NCBI GenBank assembly: GCA_964651815.1
Contig: CAZYWG010000006.1
Coordinates: 23,259-87,258, forward strand
Reading direction: 5' to 3'
Length of the DNA: 64,000 nucleotides
DNA from: an uncultured Gammaproteobacteria bacterium
GTDB taxonomy: Bacteria; Patescibacteriota; Microgenomatia; Levybacterales; GWA1-39-11
The translations under genes and the position numbers were made by a program. The notes under the pieces were generated by a model. That model was not told where the DNA came from and did not search any database. It saw nothing but the letters and a program-made list of their open reading frames with translations. This document shows positions 1 to 9,006 of the stretch, in pieces. The stretch's first letter is position 1. Each line of letters begins with the position of its first letter.

Positions 1-2
1 AA

Positions 3-623
3 AAGGCAAGTGAACAAGAAAAAAAAGAAGTTGAAAAGCTGACAGGCGGTCATGGCAAGCTGGCAAAGCTTTCATATGAGGCAATTCTAGCCGATCCCGG
101 TGAAAAAGATATTGAAAAACTATTACTTTCAAAGCCACAAATAAAAGGGGCGCTTTTTGAGATCTGGAATTATTTGACTCCTGAAGAACAAAACGATTTA
201 AGGGAAGGGTCAGACAATGAATTTCTTTCAAAAATGCATTTACTTGAAAACGGAAAACTCACAATTCCGCTGTTTGCGTCATATATAAAACTTCTCCCGC
301 AAACTGAATCCACTAGTAAATTAAAATATGATGCTGAAAGAAATGAAATACTAAAGGGTTCAGAAACTTTGACTGACAGATTAACACCTTCCGAATTCAG
401 GCTCTTACGTCATCTCATGGTAAACCAAGACCGCGTCTCTGAAAAAGATGAAATTATACAAGCGGTTTGGAGTGATTCAAAAACGCGCGAAGGCGTGACA
501 GATCAAGCACTTGACCAGATTATTTACAGGCTAAGGAAGAAAATTGAAGATGACCCAAATAACCCACACTTTATTCAAACAATAAAAGGGCGCGGGTATA
601 AATTTAACGGTCAGTCTTCTTGA
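3..623 (+). CDS. 5'-truncated winged-helix (OmpR/PhoB trans_reg_C-like) DNA-binding protein. The frame is open to the window edge.
   Basis: C-terminal segment LTPSEFRLLRHLMVNQDRVSEKDEIIQAVW...RLRKKIE...IQTIKGRGYKF matches the OmpR-type wHTH consensus. No stop codon upstream in frame back to nt 3. The N-terminal part is not a recognisable receiver domain. Confidence 0.6.
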   Translation, partial: KASEQEKKEVEKLTGGHGKLAKLSYEAILADPGEKDIEKLLLSKPQIKGALFEIWNYLTPEEQNDLREGSDNEFLSKMHLLENGKLTIPLFASYIKLLPQTESTSKLKYDAERNEILKGSETLTDRLTPSEFRLLRHLMVNQDRVSEKDEIIQAVWSDSKTREGVTDQALDQIIYRLRKKIEDDPNNPHFIQTIKGRGYKFNGQSS

Positions 624-657
624 CTTGCCTTCCCCCTTATGACTATCATTAAATAAG

Positions 658-2100
658 GTGAGATTTGTAAAAAAGGCTGTTAACTTATTTTTTGTTTGCT
701 TGATTTTCTTTATCCTCCTCGGATTTTTCACAAAACAGACTACGGCGGCTGATCCATGCGCTGATCCAAATATTCCATGCGCAGGCACCCAAACTTCTAA
801 TAATTCTGCTCCGGACACATCAAGCGATACGTTTGGTCAGTCTGATGTTACGCCGGATTTTACAACTAATCCTGACGGGAAAAATATATCAGATGGAACT
901 CAACAAGTAAAAGTCACATTCAATAATCTTACAGGGAAAGAAAATGCTATATGCACAGGTAATAACTCATGTTTTGTAGGACTAGGTTCTAGAGATAACT
1001 CCGGAACCGTTGGTTTTCCTACGCTTTTTTTTAATGATGATGAACTAATTACAGATTTTCAAGGCATCAAGGTTCAGGACCTCGGCATCACTCTACCAAT
1101 TTGCGGAAATGATAATGAGGTCCAAATTTGTAAAGATCCCGGTAATCATTATTTTATAGGTGGCCAAATGTATACTTTTAGCATTGGGATTAAAAAAGAC
1201 AATTTATATTACCCCCAAAAATTTGCATTCTTTTATGTTCCGCGCTCTTTCCCCACACCGCATATTGACCCTACTGACGATTTGACGGTAAAAAGTACAA
1301 TTAAAGTAACACTTGACCCTCCAAAAGATGATCATGGTAATAGCGCAATAAGAGGCGGTGGTGGGACAGGCGTTTGGCTCCGTAATAATTACAAAATAAG
1401 CATGATTGGGGGAGGAGCAATTAGCAAAGGTGGATGCGTTGGATGGTTTAACAAAGGTGACACCAACACAATCGGCGTAACATTTAGCAATCTGACTAGG
1501 GGTAGATATACACTTTCTATAAGTGAACAAACAAGCGATTCAGACAGTAATCCTTGGAAGAAAAAAGACAAAGACAGTAGTATAGTACAAGCACAGGACG
1601 ATCCCAACAATCACGATTGTGAAGGTGGCTTTCCTTATTGGCGTGCAGTATGTGAAGTAACGCCAGACCATCCGGGCGGCAAATGCAGTAAGCCGGTGAG
1701 AGACCCAAGCGGACAAGAATATAAAGATTTTCTAAATGACCTTGACGCACTCAACAGTATTGCACCCGGAATGAAATACCCTTGTGGAGGTGGTAAAAAC
1801 ACCGTAAACAACTCATGTCCGTCAGTTGATACTGCAATTGGGACAATTCAAGTAACACCTCAGGGGTTTATCACTGACATTTTCACATTTGTCTTAACAA
1901 TTGCAGGATTTGGTTCAATGATAATCATAATTTACGCTGGTTACACATTTATGGTATCACGAGGTGATAAAGAAAAAATTGCAGGAGCGCGCGAGACTCT
2001 TACGTCTGCAATTGTTGGATTGTTGTTTATAATATTATCAATTGTTATACTTGAAATTATTGGGGTAGATATTTTGAGAATCCCCGGAATCGGACGATAA
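658..2100 (+). CDS. Secreted Cys-rich extracellular domain fused to a C-terminal TrbC/VirB2-like pilin hairpin (adhesin-pilin fusion)
   Basis: GTG start. Signal peptide MRFVKKAVNLFFVCLIFFILLGFF..TTA/ADP. About 400 aa of Cys/Gly/Asn/Thr-rich region. C-terminus is two hydrophobic helices flanking SRGDKEKIAGARETLTSAIVGLLFI, the same motif as the five other pilin-like ORFs. A ttgact-18-tatcat promoter abuts the start. Confidence 0.55.
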   Translation: MRFVKKAVNLFFVCLIFFILLGFFTKQTTAADPCADPNIPCAGTQTSNNSAPDTSSDTFGQSDVTPDFTTNPDGKNISDGTQQVKVTFNNLTGKENAICTGNNSCFVGLGSRDNSGTVGFPTLFFNDDELITDFQGIKVQDLGITLPICGNDNEVQICKDPGNHYFIGGQMYTFSIGIKKDNLYYPQKFAFFYVPRSFPTPHIDPTDDLTVKSTIKVTLDPPKDDHGNSAIRGGGGTGVWLRNNYKISMIGGGAISKGGCVGWFNKGDTNTIGVTFSNLTRGRYTLSISEQTSDSDSNPWKKKDKDSSIVQAQDDPNNHDCEGGFPYWRAVCEVTPDHPGGKCSKPVRDPSGQEYKDFLNDLDALNSIAPGMKYPCGGGKNTVNNSCPSVDTAIGTIQVTPQGFITDIFTFVLTIAGFGSMIIIIYAGYTFMVSRGDKEKIAGARETLTSAIVGLLFIILSIVILEIIGVDILRIPGIGR

Positions 2101-2101
2101 A

Positions 2102-2428
2102 ATGAAATTATTAGCGCTTACTGTCAACAACATGAAAGGCACGCCTGAACAAATTGTTCCTCCTACAGGCATTCCAACCGGTATCTCATTAGGATCACTT
2201 GCGACAGGATTTATTGATGTTGTTATGGTCATAGGCGTTCTACTCTCTCTTGCCTATCTTGTCTATGGAGGAGTTTTCTGGATTCAATCTAAAGGTAATA
2301 AAGAAACGCTTGATAAAGCAAGAAGGATAATTCTTTACGCAATTATTGGGCTTATTGTCATGTCTGTTGCGCTTGTTGCAGTAAACCTTGTGACATCAGC
2401 AATTGGCGTAACAACTCTAATTCACTAA
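2102..2428 (+). CDS. TrbC/VirB2-like pilin family protein
   Basis: 108 aa with two hydrophobic helices separated by SKGNKETLDKARRIILYAIIGLIV. Immediately downstream of 658..2100. Confidence 0.55.
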   Translation: MKLLALTVNNMKGTPEQIVPPTGIPTGISLGSLATGFIDVVMVIGVLLSLAYLVYGGVFWIQSKGNKETLDKARRIILYAIIGLIVMSVALVAVNLVTSAIGVTTLIH

Positions 2429-2437
2429 ATTTCAAAA

Positions 2438-3916
2438 TTATTTTTTGTAAATTACCGCAGTTTTATCTTCAAAGATCTTCGCCCAATGGTCATATTCTAG
2501 TCGGCTTATAAATCTCGCTTTATAGTGGTTTGAATTTTGCAATAAAGATATATCAACTCCAAATACATCAATGCTAAGTGGTTTTGAATTTTTGTTTTGC
2601 CACAAAACATAATGGACATTATATTTTTTAAAAAATTTTTCGTAGCTGGCCGCGCCGCTTACTATACTCGCATAATCTTTGAATGCTGAATCGCTTTCTG
2701 AAGCGCTCGCGCGCCACTGCCAGGAAGGCATCCTTCCATCAATAAATACACGTTTTTCAGGGAGCTTCCACAATAAATATCCTCCCCAATTATAAACTGA
2801 AAAAATTTCTCCATTTATATTTTGCTTTTTTAAAAATGAAACAGCACTTTTTGGATAATATTTTTTTTCGGAAAGATCTGAATGTAAACCAATAGAATAT
2901 GTTTTACTCAAAAAAACGGCAAGTGCGTATAGCACAAAGATTAAAACGGCTTTTGAAAAACGCGCGAGCATGGCTTCATTTTTTTTAACTTCTTCCCGGA
3001 AAAATTCAAAAAAAGGCGGAACAATTATTAGTGTCGCAACTATAAAATACGGTAAGTGCCTAACGCTTGATATAACAAGTAAAAGAAGTGCCAGATAAAT
3101 AACGAGTGCTTGAAGCTTCAACTTTTTCCTATATCTAAAAATTAGAACAAAAGACAAGGCTAAAAGTATAAAAAAGGAAAGGTCAAAAAAGAAAACCCCC
3201 GGGAGCCATTCAATTATTTCCCACCTTAATGCTGAATCTGTAATTGATGAAAGTACTTCTCCCCAGAGTCGCGCGCCGTATGGATTTATAAATGTGGCAA
3301 GAATTGATCCCCCCAAAACTAAAAAATCATATCGGTCTACTCTTTTTTGGATAATTCTCAAAACAATAAATATTGATAGTAGATAGATTGCTACCGCAAA
3401 ACTTCCATGAAGATTGGCCCAAATTAAAATTAATACTGGAATTGTAATTTTCCATTTCTTCCACAGTTTTTCATTCAACAAAACTGTAAGCAAGACAGCG
3501 GCCAAAAACCAGGAAATAACCTGTATTCTTAATCCTGAAAATGAAAGAAGAATTGATGCAGCCAGAAGAAAAAATGAGGCATAATACACTTTAAATTGTT
3601 TTTTAAGTGAAAATGCAATTGCACCTATTGGGAAAGCCGCAAAGAAGAAAGAAAGAAGAAGCGGATGTATTTTGTAAAGAAAGTATATTACTACATCCGC
3701 AAGCCACTCATGATCTATGGCCGGAAAAGAAAGCATAGTATAGGAAAAAGTGTCTTTATATTGAAAACCGTGTTTTAAAGTGAGTTCTCCGAGTTTTAAG
3801 TGCCATCCAAAATCAGGATCTAGTGCAATTGTGTTGTGGATAAAAAAAACTATAAAAGAAGCAAAAACTAAACCCAAAAAAATTACTAAAGCTATCCTCC
3901 TACTATTCAAATTCAT
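2438..3916 (-). CDS. Polytopic membrane protein (about 10-12 TM) with a roughly 130-aa C-terminal soluble domain. GT-C glycosyltransferase-like architecture; function uncertain.
   Basis: Hydropathy pattern of the translation. N-terminal loop DPDFGWHLKLGE. Soluble C-terminal domain VYNWGGYLLWKLPEKRVFIDGRMPSWQW. Embedded among the pilin genes. Confidence 0.45.
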   Translation of the reverse strand: MNLNSRRIALVIFLGLVFASFIVFFIHNTIALDPDFGWHLKLGELTLKHGFQYKDTFSYTMLSFPAIDHEWLADVVIYFLYKIHPLLLSFFFAAFPIGAIAFSLKKQFKVYYASFFLLAASILLSFSGLRIQVISWFLAAVLLTVLLNEKLWKKWKITIPVLILIWANLHGSFAVAIYLLSIFIVLRIIQKRVDRYDFLVLGGSILATFINPYGARLWGEVLSSITDSALRWEIIEWLPGVFFFDLSFFILLALSFVLIFRYRKKLKLQALVIYLALLLLVISSVRHLPYFIVATLIIVPPFFEFFREEVKKNEAMLARFSKAVLIFVLYALAVFLSKTYSIGLHSDLSEKKYYPKSAVSFLKKQNINGEIFSVYNWGGYLLWKLPEKRVFIDGRMPSWQWRASASESDSAFKDYASIVSGAASYEKFFKKYNVHYVLWQNKNSKPLSIDVFGVDISLLQNSNHYKARFISRLEYDHWAKIFEDKTAVIYKK

Positions 3917-4017
3917 ATGAGCTTTATTCTACAAAAATTGTTTATGCTTTGTCTTGGTGTATTTTGCAAACTCGGAAGCACTTGACAAACTATTTCAAAC
4001 GTGCTGTAATTAAAAAT

Positions 4018-4431
4018 GTGAAAAGAATTTCAAAGTATTTAGTTCTCCTTCTCCCCCTCTTGGGTTTTATAAATGTTCCTATAGTATCAGCTAATGTTTT
4101 GTTCTCAGGTGTTAATACTGGAAGAATAAGCAATAGAATTATAAGTCCAGATCAAAGCATTGGGTCAATCGTTTCATTCGCTGTTGCATTTATTGTAGTC
4201 CTCTCGTTTCTTCTTGCACTTATTTTTATTGTTATCGGAGCAGTCCAATGGATAACATCAGGTGGTGACAAACAAAAAGTGGCGGACGCACGAAACCATA
4301 TAATTTCTGCAATTATTGGACTTATAATTGTCGCGCTCTCTTTTGTCATTGTTAACATTGTTATAACGGCGCTTGGCCTTGGATCTCTCACAAACCTCAC
4401 TATCCCAACTCTTTCGGAATTTGGCCAATAA
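4018..4431 (+). CDS. TrbC/VirB2-like pilin family protein. The GTG start at 4018 is preferred over the ORF-track start at 3949.
   Basis: Signal peptide VKRISKYLVLLLPLLGFINVPIVSA, then two TM helices around SGGDKQKVADARNHIISAIIGLII. C-terminal tail ...TLSEFGQ. TTGACA(3983)-17-TGTAAT(4006) lies just upstream of the GTG, so the longer 3949 start would sit upstream of the promoter. Confidence 0.5.
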   Translation: MKRISKYLVLLLPLLGFINVPIVSANVLFSGVNTGRISNRIISPDQSIGSIVSFAVAFIVVLSFLLALIFIVIGAVQWITSGGDKQKVADARNHIISAIIGLIIVALSFVIVNIVITALGLGSLTNLTIPTLSEFGQ

Positions 4432-4474
4432 ATCTTCCTTGCTTTTGTATCTTTCTTCTTTGTAAAATAGATTT

Positions 4475-4798
4475 ATGAATGATTTTATTCCAACCTCTGA
4501 TTGGTCAAGCTGTTTGAGCAATGGGGACGTTGCCACTCTATCTTGTATTCCTATAGTTCTTCAAAATATTATTAATTTTCTTGTTCTTTTTGCAGGTATT
4601 GCGTGTGTTTTTATAATAATTTTTGCAGGTTTTAAATTCGTAACGTCAGAAGGAGACCCTGAAAAAGTTGCACTTGCAAGAAAAACCGCGATGTATGGAA
4701 TTGGAGGATTTTTATTGGTACTTGCGTCTTTTGTTCTTGTAACAATGATTTCTAAGTTTACGGGAGTCACCCAAATCGCACCAAAAAACATCCCTTAA
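4475..4798 (+). CDS. TrbC/VirB2-like pilin family protein
   Basis: Two TM helices around SEGDPEKVALARKTAMYGIGGFLLV. No classical cleavable signal peptide. A -10-like taaaat sits about 9 nt upstream of the ATG. Confidence 0.5.
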   Translation: MNDFIPTSDWSSCLSNGDVATLSCIPIVLQNIINFLVLFAGIACVFIIIFAGFKFVTSEGDPEKVALARKTAMYGIGGFLLVLASFVLVTMISKFTGVTQIAPKNIP

Positions 4799-5499
4799 TT
4801 TATCCTCCTGAGTAAAAACTTGGCTATTATAAAAATTACAGTATTCACGGCAACTGGAATTAAAAAAAGCAAAACTACTAGTTTTAATGCTCCAAGAATT
4901 CGATGATCAAAAATAACATGCGATATAGGAGTAATTAAGTCAACTTTTAGAAATTGCGCCATGAGTATTGCAATAAATGCTAAAAACGCAACTAACAAAA
5001 CTAAAAAGACGCTCCCCTCCATATCTTTTTTACTTGAAAACATTGTGTTGGTGATAAAAAAAACAATATAGATAACGCCGCCTGTTTTTAAAACATCAAA
5101 AAATGATGAAAAAATAATATCCGGGTGCAAAAAATTAAGGTAATAAAACAAAACACTAAAAATTATAATCATTCCTACCACGACAGGAGCCGCTCCAATT
5201 AAAAAACTCCTCACTATATCTGTTTTCCTTATCTCAACGCTCCCCATCCGAAAGTTGCCATGCTCTATTTTTGGTGAGATCTCCAAACCATAGGTTTTGA
5301 CAAATAAAGCTTCCGCAACAAGCATATGTGCAAGCTCATGAAGTACTACTCCGGGAAGGAATAAAATAAAAATGGGGATTGCTGCTCTATCACTCTTTTT
5401 GAAAAGTCTATATGAGAAAATAAAAAGCGCAGAAAAAATAAATTTTGAAGTTAAAAAAAGTATTAAGAACTCTGCCGCAAAAAGCGCCCAAAATATCAT
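4795..5499 (-). CDS. Integral membrane zinc metalloprotease-like protein (HExxH)
   Basis: Multi-TM protein with HELAHMLVAE (HExxH) at the end of an early TM segment. Last gene of the minus-strand operon with 5855..8956. Converges on the pilin genes with a 4-nt overlap. Confidence 0.45.
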   Translation of the reverse strand: MIFWALFAAEFLILFLTSKFIFSALFIFSYRLFKKSDRAAIPIFILFLPGVVLHELAHMLVAEALFVKTYGLEISPKIEHGNFRMGSVEIRKTDIVRSFLIGAAPVVVGMIIIFSVLFYYLNFLHPDIIFSSFFDVLKTGGVIYIVFFITNTMFSSKKDMEGSVFLVLLVAFLAFIAILMAQFLKVDLITPISHVIFDHRILGALKLVVLLFLIPVAVNTVIFIIAKFLLRRIN

Positions 5500-5847
5500 T
5501 TAGTTATCAGCCTTAATTATCTCAGCAAGCTTATCCCGGGTAATATCTAGATCCATTGCTTGAATCTCCTCGGCTGTTACATGATCCATTTCAGACATAG
5601 TTAAATCTCTAATTCTATTGTAAAAATTTTTATCCAGTTTTTCGCGATTTTCCATTGCTTCTTCAAAAGCGATAGCCATATTTTTTTCAAGTTTAATTCC
5701 AAATATTATTTTGTATGCTGCCCAAAGCATTCTCCCTATGTTAAATTTACTGTCCTCGCTGAGATTGTCGTATGAATCGATCAAATCTTTTTTAAATTCT
5801 TCATCAAGTGGCAAAATCTTAACTATGTCTTTTGTTGTTCTTATCAT
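5500..5847 (-). CDS. Hypothetical protein (115 aa)
   Basis: ORF tightly packed between 5855..8956 and 4795..5499. No recognisable motif. Confidence 0.4.
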   Translation of the reverse strand: MIRTTKDIVKILPLDEEFKKDLIDSYDNLSEDSKFNIGRMLWAAYKIIFGIKLEKNMAIAFEEAMENREKLDKNFYNRIRDLTMSEMDHVTAEEIQAMDLDITRDKLAEIIKADN

Positions 5848-5854
5848 ATATTTA

Positions 5855-8800
5855 TTATAGCGCTTCTCCTTCGTCTTTAAATCTATCTATAACTGCTAAT
5901 AAAGCATTTTCCATTTCAGTTACCTTTACATCTCCTGTATCCATTTGATCTTTGAGAATATCTAAAAATGTTTCAAAATTCGGTGTTATGAGTGGGCTAA
6001 AGGGTGTTCCGAATAAAGGTTCATTCATGATCTCCATAAGCCTATCTGGCGTAATAATGGAGCTTACTTTTTTGAAATATTCTTCTCGATCATTTCTATC
6101 CTTATATTTAAGCATTACATCAAGAAATTCATAGTATCCTCTCGGAGGTTTTTCCGGCGGATCCCTAAAGGTAACATCGCGTTCCGAAGGAGTGTAAGTT
6201 GTATAATCCGGATCCGTAGGATTAATTTTTGTATTTTTTGTAAATTCGTCCTTTTTTTCAAAAATCTCGTATCTTCTATCCATTATTCTGTCGAAGTTCT
6301 TTAAAAGATCGCTAGTTACTTCGATTTGCTTTATCTCACCACTCAAATCTACCTTGCCAATTTCATCCTCTTGTATCTTTATCTTACCGTCAAATTCTTT
6401 TTCTAATCTCTCTCCGGCTTGCGCCCTTGAATCAAACTTGATCATTGCAAACTTTACCGCATCATTAATTTCAGAATCTGAAGGAACGGGAGGCGGTGGA
6501 GTCCCAAGCACTGGCGCGCGCTTATCAAGCATTGCCTTAATCTCCGCAAAAGACATAGTTCTAAGCTCTTCGTCAGTTAAAGCCCAAGTTGGCTCATCGG
6601 TTAATTTTTTGAAATTACTTTCTAGATCTGCTTTTCTTGGAGTAGAACTTTCAATCCTCCGCCCTCTTGCCTCAATCATGGCATTAATTACCTTGTTGCG
6701 GATATCATCTTTATCGTTCTGTTCTTTTTTCCAACCCGCCGGAAGAACATTAACTAGATCCATTATTTGATCTATATCATTTGTTCTAAGCTGTGCGTCT
6801 GATAATCCAATTGCCCGTAGTTCTCTGTATGCCTTGGTGTAGCCTTCGGTGGTTGTCTTTATTTCTGTGAATCTTGAACCTTCCTCTTTGAGGTTGACTC
6901 TTTGCTCATCAATTTTATCAAGTACCTCTTGAAGTCTGTTTTTCTCTGTTAAGACTTTGTTTACATCTTCCTGAATTTTAGCAGCTTTTCGGGCGACCTC
7001 GCTGTCAATATTTTCTCTTGCTAATCGAAGTCTTTCACTAAAATGTTCCGCTTCTTCATCAGTTCGCTTTATAACACGACCTGCGATTTCCTCGTACTGT
7101 TCTTCTTGCCATGTTTCTAACTCTAAGTTTCGTTGTTTAGTAGATTTGATTCTATCCCCATTTATAATTACCTCTGTGCCAATTCCATTTATTACGTCGT
7201 CTAATCCTGACATTGCCCCTTCAATACTCGTAAACCGACCGGCAAAATTTCTTACGACCTCTTTTGTAGCTCTGGTACGTATTTCCTCTATCGCTTTTCT
7301 CCCCTTATTGTATTCTTCGATTGTTGTCTTCCCAGCATCTATAGACCCTCTATCTCTTTTATATAGATCTCTATTTGTTTCAAAGTCTTTAACTCTTGCT
7401 TTATAAACAGTCGCTTCTTCTCCCTTACTCTTATCTCTTGCTTTTATTTTCTCTTCCCATCTTGATGCTCCCGGCAAAGATGTTTTCTTCTGCTCAATAA
7501 TATACTTTTTAAGCTGGTCCATTGCCACGTCTAATCTCGCTTTTTCAAATCTCTCTCTGTTGCCATGGTAATCAAGCGTTGCTAGACCTGTTAGAAAAGC
7601 GGGATTGTTAATCCATGAATTGGTGGCATCATCAAACACTTTACGCGTCCGCCCTAATGTGTCTCGTATTCCGTCTTCGTCTGCATTAAATTTTTCGGCT
7701 ATTTCTTCCATGTATCTAACTGCTGTTTTTTCCGGATAGCCTTTCCTCCCATCAGAATTGTAAAGAAATCCGATTGCAAGAGCATCTGCTCCGGCCCTAT
7801 CCGCGTGAATATCCTTCATGAATTCCATCCTTGCCTTAATTCTTGCGTCAATATCGTGTCTAAGTTGTTTTTGATTAGCTTCACTCGCACCGGGCGAAGG
7901 ATTAAGAACGTTAATTCCCGACATTAGTCTTACGTATTTAATGCGATCTGGGCTTGATTTAATATATTCAAGTGCTTTTTTTGATTCATGTGAATCAGGT
8001 TTTTTATAATCTCTTGAAACACCTTTTCCAACTGCAAGTGCAATTGCCTCAGCTGCTGTCGGAGCAAAACCTAACGTCGCGGCAGCTAAAGCAGGCGCCA
8101 TACCAAGAGTTGCAACTCCTAATCCTCCTGCTAACGCTGCTCCTGCTCCGACAAGTAGTACTCCTGTCTGAAGTCTATTTTGGTCATTAAATCTTGATAG
8201 ATATGGATAAGGTATGCTTAATGGACCAATTTTCTTTGAACCTATTGCCGGAACAATAGGAACATTGGGCAATCTGATTGATCCTAATATTGCTACCTCA
8301 CCTTTTCTACCATCATAAGAAGCAGTAGGTTCAGAAAGAAATTCCTGGGCTTTTCTAGCTGGATATCCAAGAGGTCCTTCTCTCATTCCAAGTGGCGTTT
8401 GATCTCTCGGCTCTGTGCCGATATCTTCAGTTGGCCCAGGATTAGTTTCCGGTATTAACCCTAGTGCAGACGAATCAACTTCCGTCTGACGCCCCATCAT
8501 AATGTCAGTAATCACGTAACCCCTAGGACTGTTTAGAAACTCGTCAACACTTTTCTCAAGGTCATTTATATCTGCGTCCTCAAATTCAACCTTAAGGGCA
8601 CCAGTATCTGTTTTTCCGGCAAGTATCCCGTAAACTTCACGGTCTAAATCATCCATTAATTCAGGGGCGTCTTTTTTTACTTTTGACAAGCGGTCCTTAA
8701 TGTGGTCTGTCATGAAGCGTCTATATTTATCCCGAGTGTCCCGGCTGAGATCCGTCCAAGGGTTCCGTTCTTTTCTTTGCCCACCACTTCTATCTCTCAT

Positions 8801-8956
8801 CTCTTCCCCAGTTCCTCGCTCACTTACAAAAGAAGATATACGAAATTGAGTATCGTCTCGATTGAGCTCTCGTTTTGAAAGCTTGGTATTTTTATTGGAA
8901 GTTTTTGATTCACCTTCACCTGCTGTCTTTTCTAACGCGGCATCCGATACAGACAT
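5855..8956 (-). CDS. Large (1033 aa) charged, coiled-coil-rich protein with a central Gly/Ala-rich hydrophobic hairpin. No recognisable family.
   Basis: Long uninterrupted ORF. Residues about 264-311 read TGVLLVGAGAALAGGLGVATLGMAPALAAATLGFAPTAAEAIALAVGKG (nt about 8024..8167), flanked by highly charged K/E/R/D-rich sequence with heptad-like stretches. No P-loop. Confidence 0.6.
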   Translation of the reverse strand: MSVSDAALEKTAGEGESKTSNKNTKLSKRELNRDDTQFRISSFVSERGTGEEMRDRSGGQRKERNPWTDLSRDTRDKYRRFMTDHIKDRLSKVKKDAPELMDDLDREVYGILAGKTDTGALKVEFEDADINDLEKSVDEFLNSPRGYVITDIMMGRQTEVDSSALGLIPETNPGPTEDIGTEPRDQTPLGMREGPLGYPARKAQEFLSEPTASYDGRKGEVAILGSIRLPNVPIVPAIGSKKIGPLSIPYPYLSRFNDQNRLQTGVLLVGAGAALAGGLGVATLGMAPALAAATLGFAPTAAEAIALAVGKGVSRDYKKPDSHESKKALEYIKSSPDRIKYVRLMSGINVLNPSPGASEANQKQLRHDIDARIKARMEFMKDIHADRAGADALAIGFLYNSDGRKGYPEKTAVRYMEEIAEKFNADEDGIRDTLGRTRKVFDDATNSWINNPAFLTGLATLDYHGNRERFEKARLDVAMDQLKKYIIEQKKTSLPGASRWEEKIKARDKSKGEEATVYKARVKDFETNRDLYKRDRGSIDAGKTTIEEYNKGRKAIEEIRTRATKEVVRNFAGRFTSIEGAMSGLDDVINGIGTEVIINGDRIKSTKQRNLELETWQEEQYEEIAGRVIKRTDEEAEHFSERLRLARENIDSEVARKAAKIQEDVNKVLTEKNRLQEVLDKIDEQRVNLKEEGSRFTEIKTTTEGYTKAYRELRAIGLSDAQLRTNDIDQIMDLVNVLPAGWKKEQNDKDDIRNKVINAMIEARGRRIESSTPRKADLESNFKKLTDEPTWALTDEELRTMSFAEIKAMLDKRAPVLGTPPPPVPSDSEINDAVKFAMIKFDSRAQAGERLEKEFDGKIKIQEDEIGKVDLSGEIKQIEVTSDLLKNFDRIMDRRYEIFEKKDEFTKNTKINPTDPDYTTYTPSERDVTFRDPPEKPPRGYYEFLDVMLKYKDRNDREEYFKKVSSIITPDRLMEIMNEPLFGTPFSPLITPNFETFLDILKDQMDTGDVKVTEMENALLAVIDRFKDEGEAL

Positions 8957-8971
8957 ATACTTAATTATTAC

Positions 8972-9000
8972 TTGAAAGCGCTTGCTATTTCAACTATGAT
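8972..9000. promoter_or_regulatory. Compact bidirectional sigma70-like promoter pair for the divergent 5855..8956 and 9007..10353 genes
   Basis: Plus strand: TTGAAA(8972-8977)-17nt-TATGAT(8995-9000), with ATG at 9007. Minus strand: TTGAAA (complement of 8989-8994)-17nt-TAATAA, with ATG at 8956. The two -35 boxes form an inverted repeat. Confidence 0.4.
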
Positions 9001-9006
9001 AAAGAT

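Noticed and set aside
1204-1750. Minus-strand ORFs (1204..1530, 1389..1610, 1517..1750) inside the adhesin-pilin gene
   Set aside because: Antisense shadow ORFs with low-complexity translations. They are fully contained in a longer, better-supported plus-strand gene.
3949-4017. Longer N-terminal extension (MSWCILQTRKHL...) of the pilin gene as given in the ORF track
   Set aside because: The TTGACA-17-TGTAAT promoter lies inside this extension. The GTG at 4018 yields a canonical signal peptide.
5952-8190. Plus-strand ORFs (5952..6134, 6354..6770, 7146..7406, 7972..8190) inside the 1033-aa gene
   Set aside because: Antisense to a long continuous ORF. The translations are Ser/Leu-rich, typical of reverse-frame artefacts.
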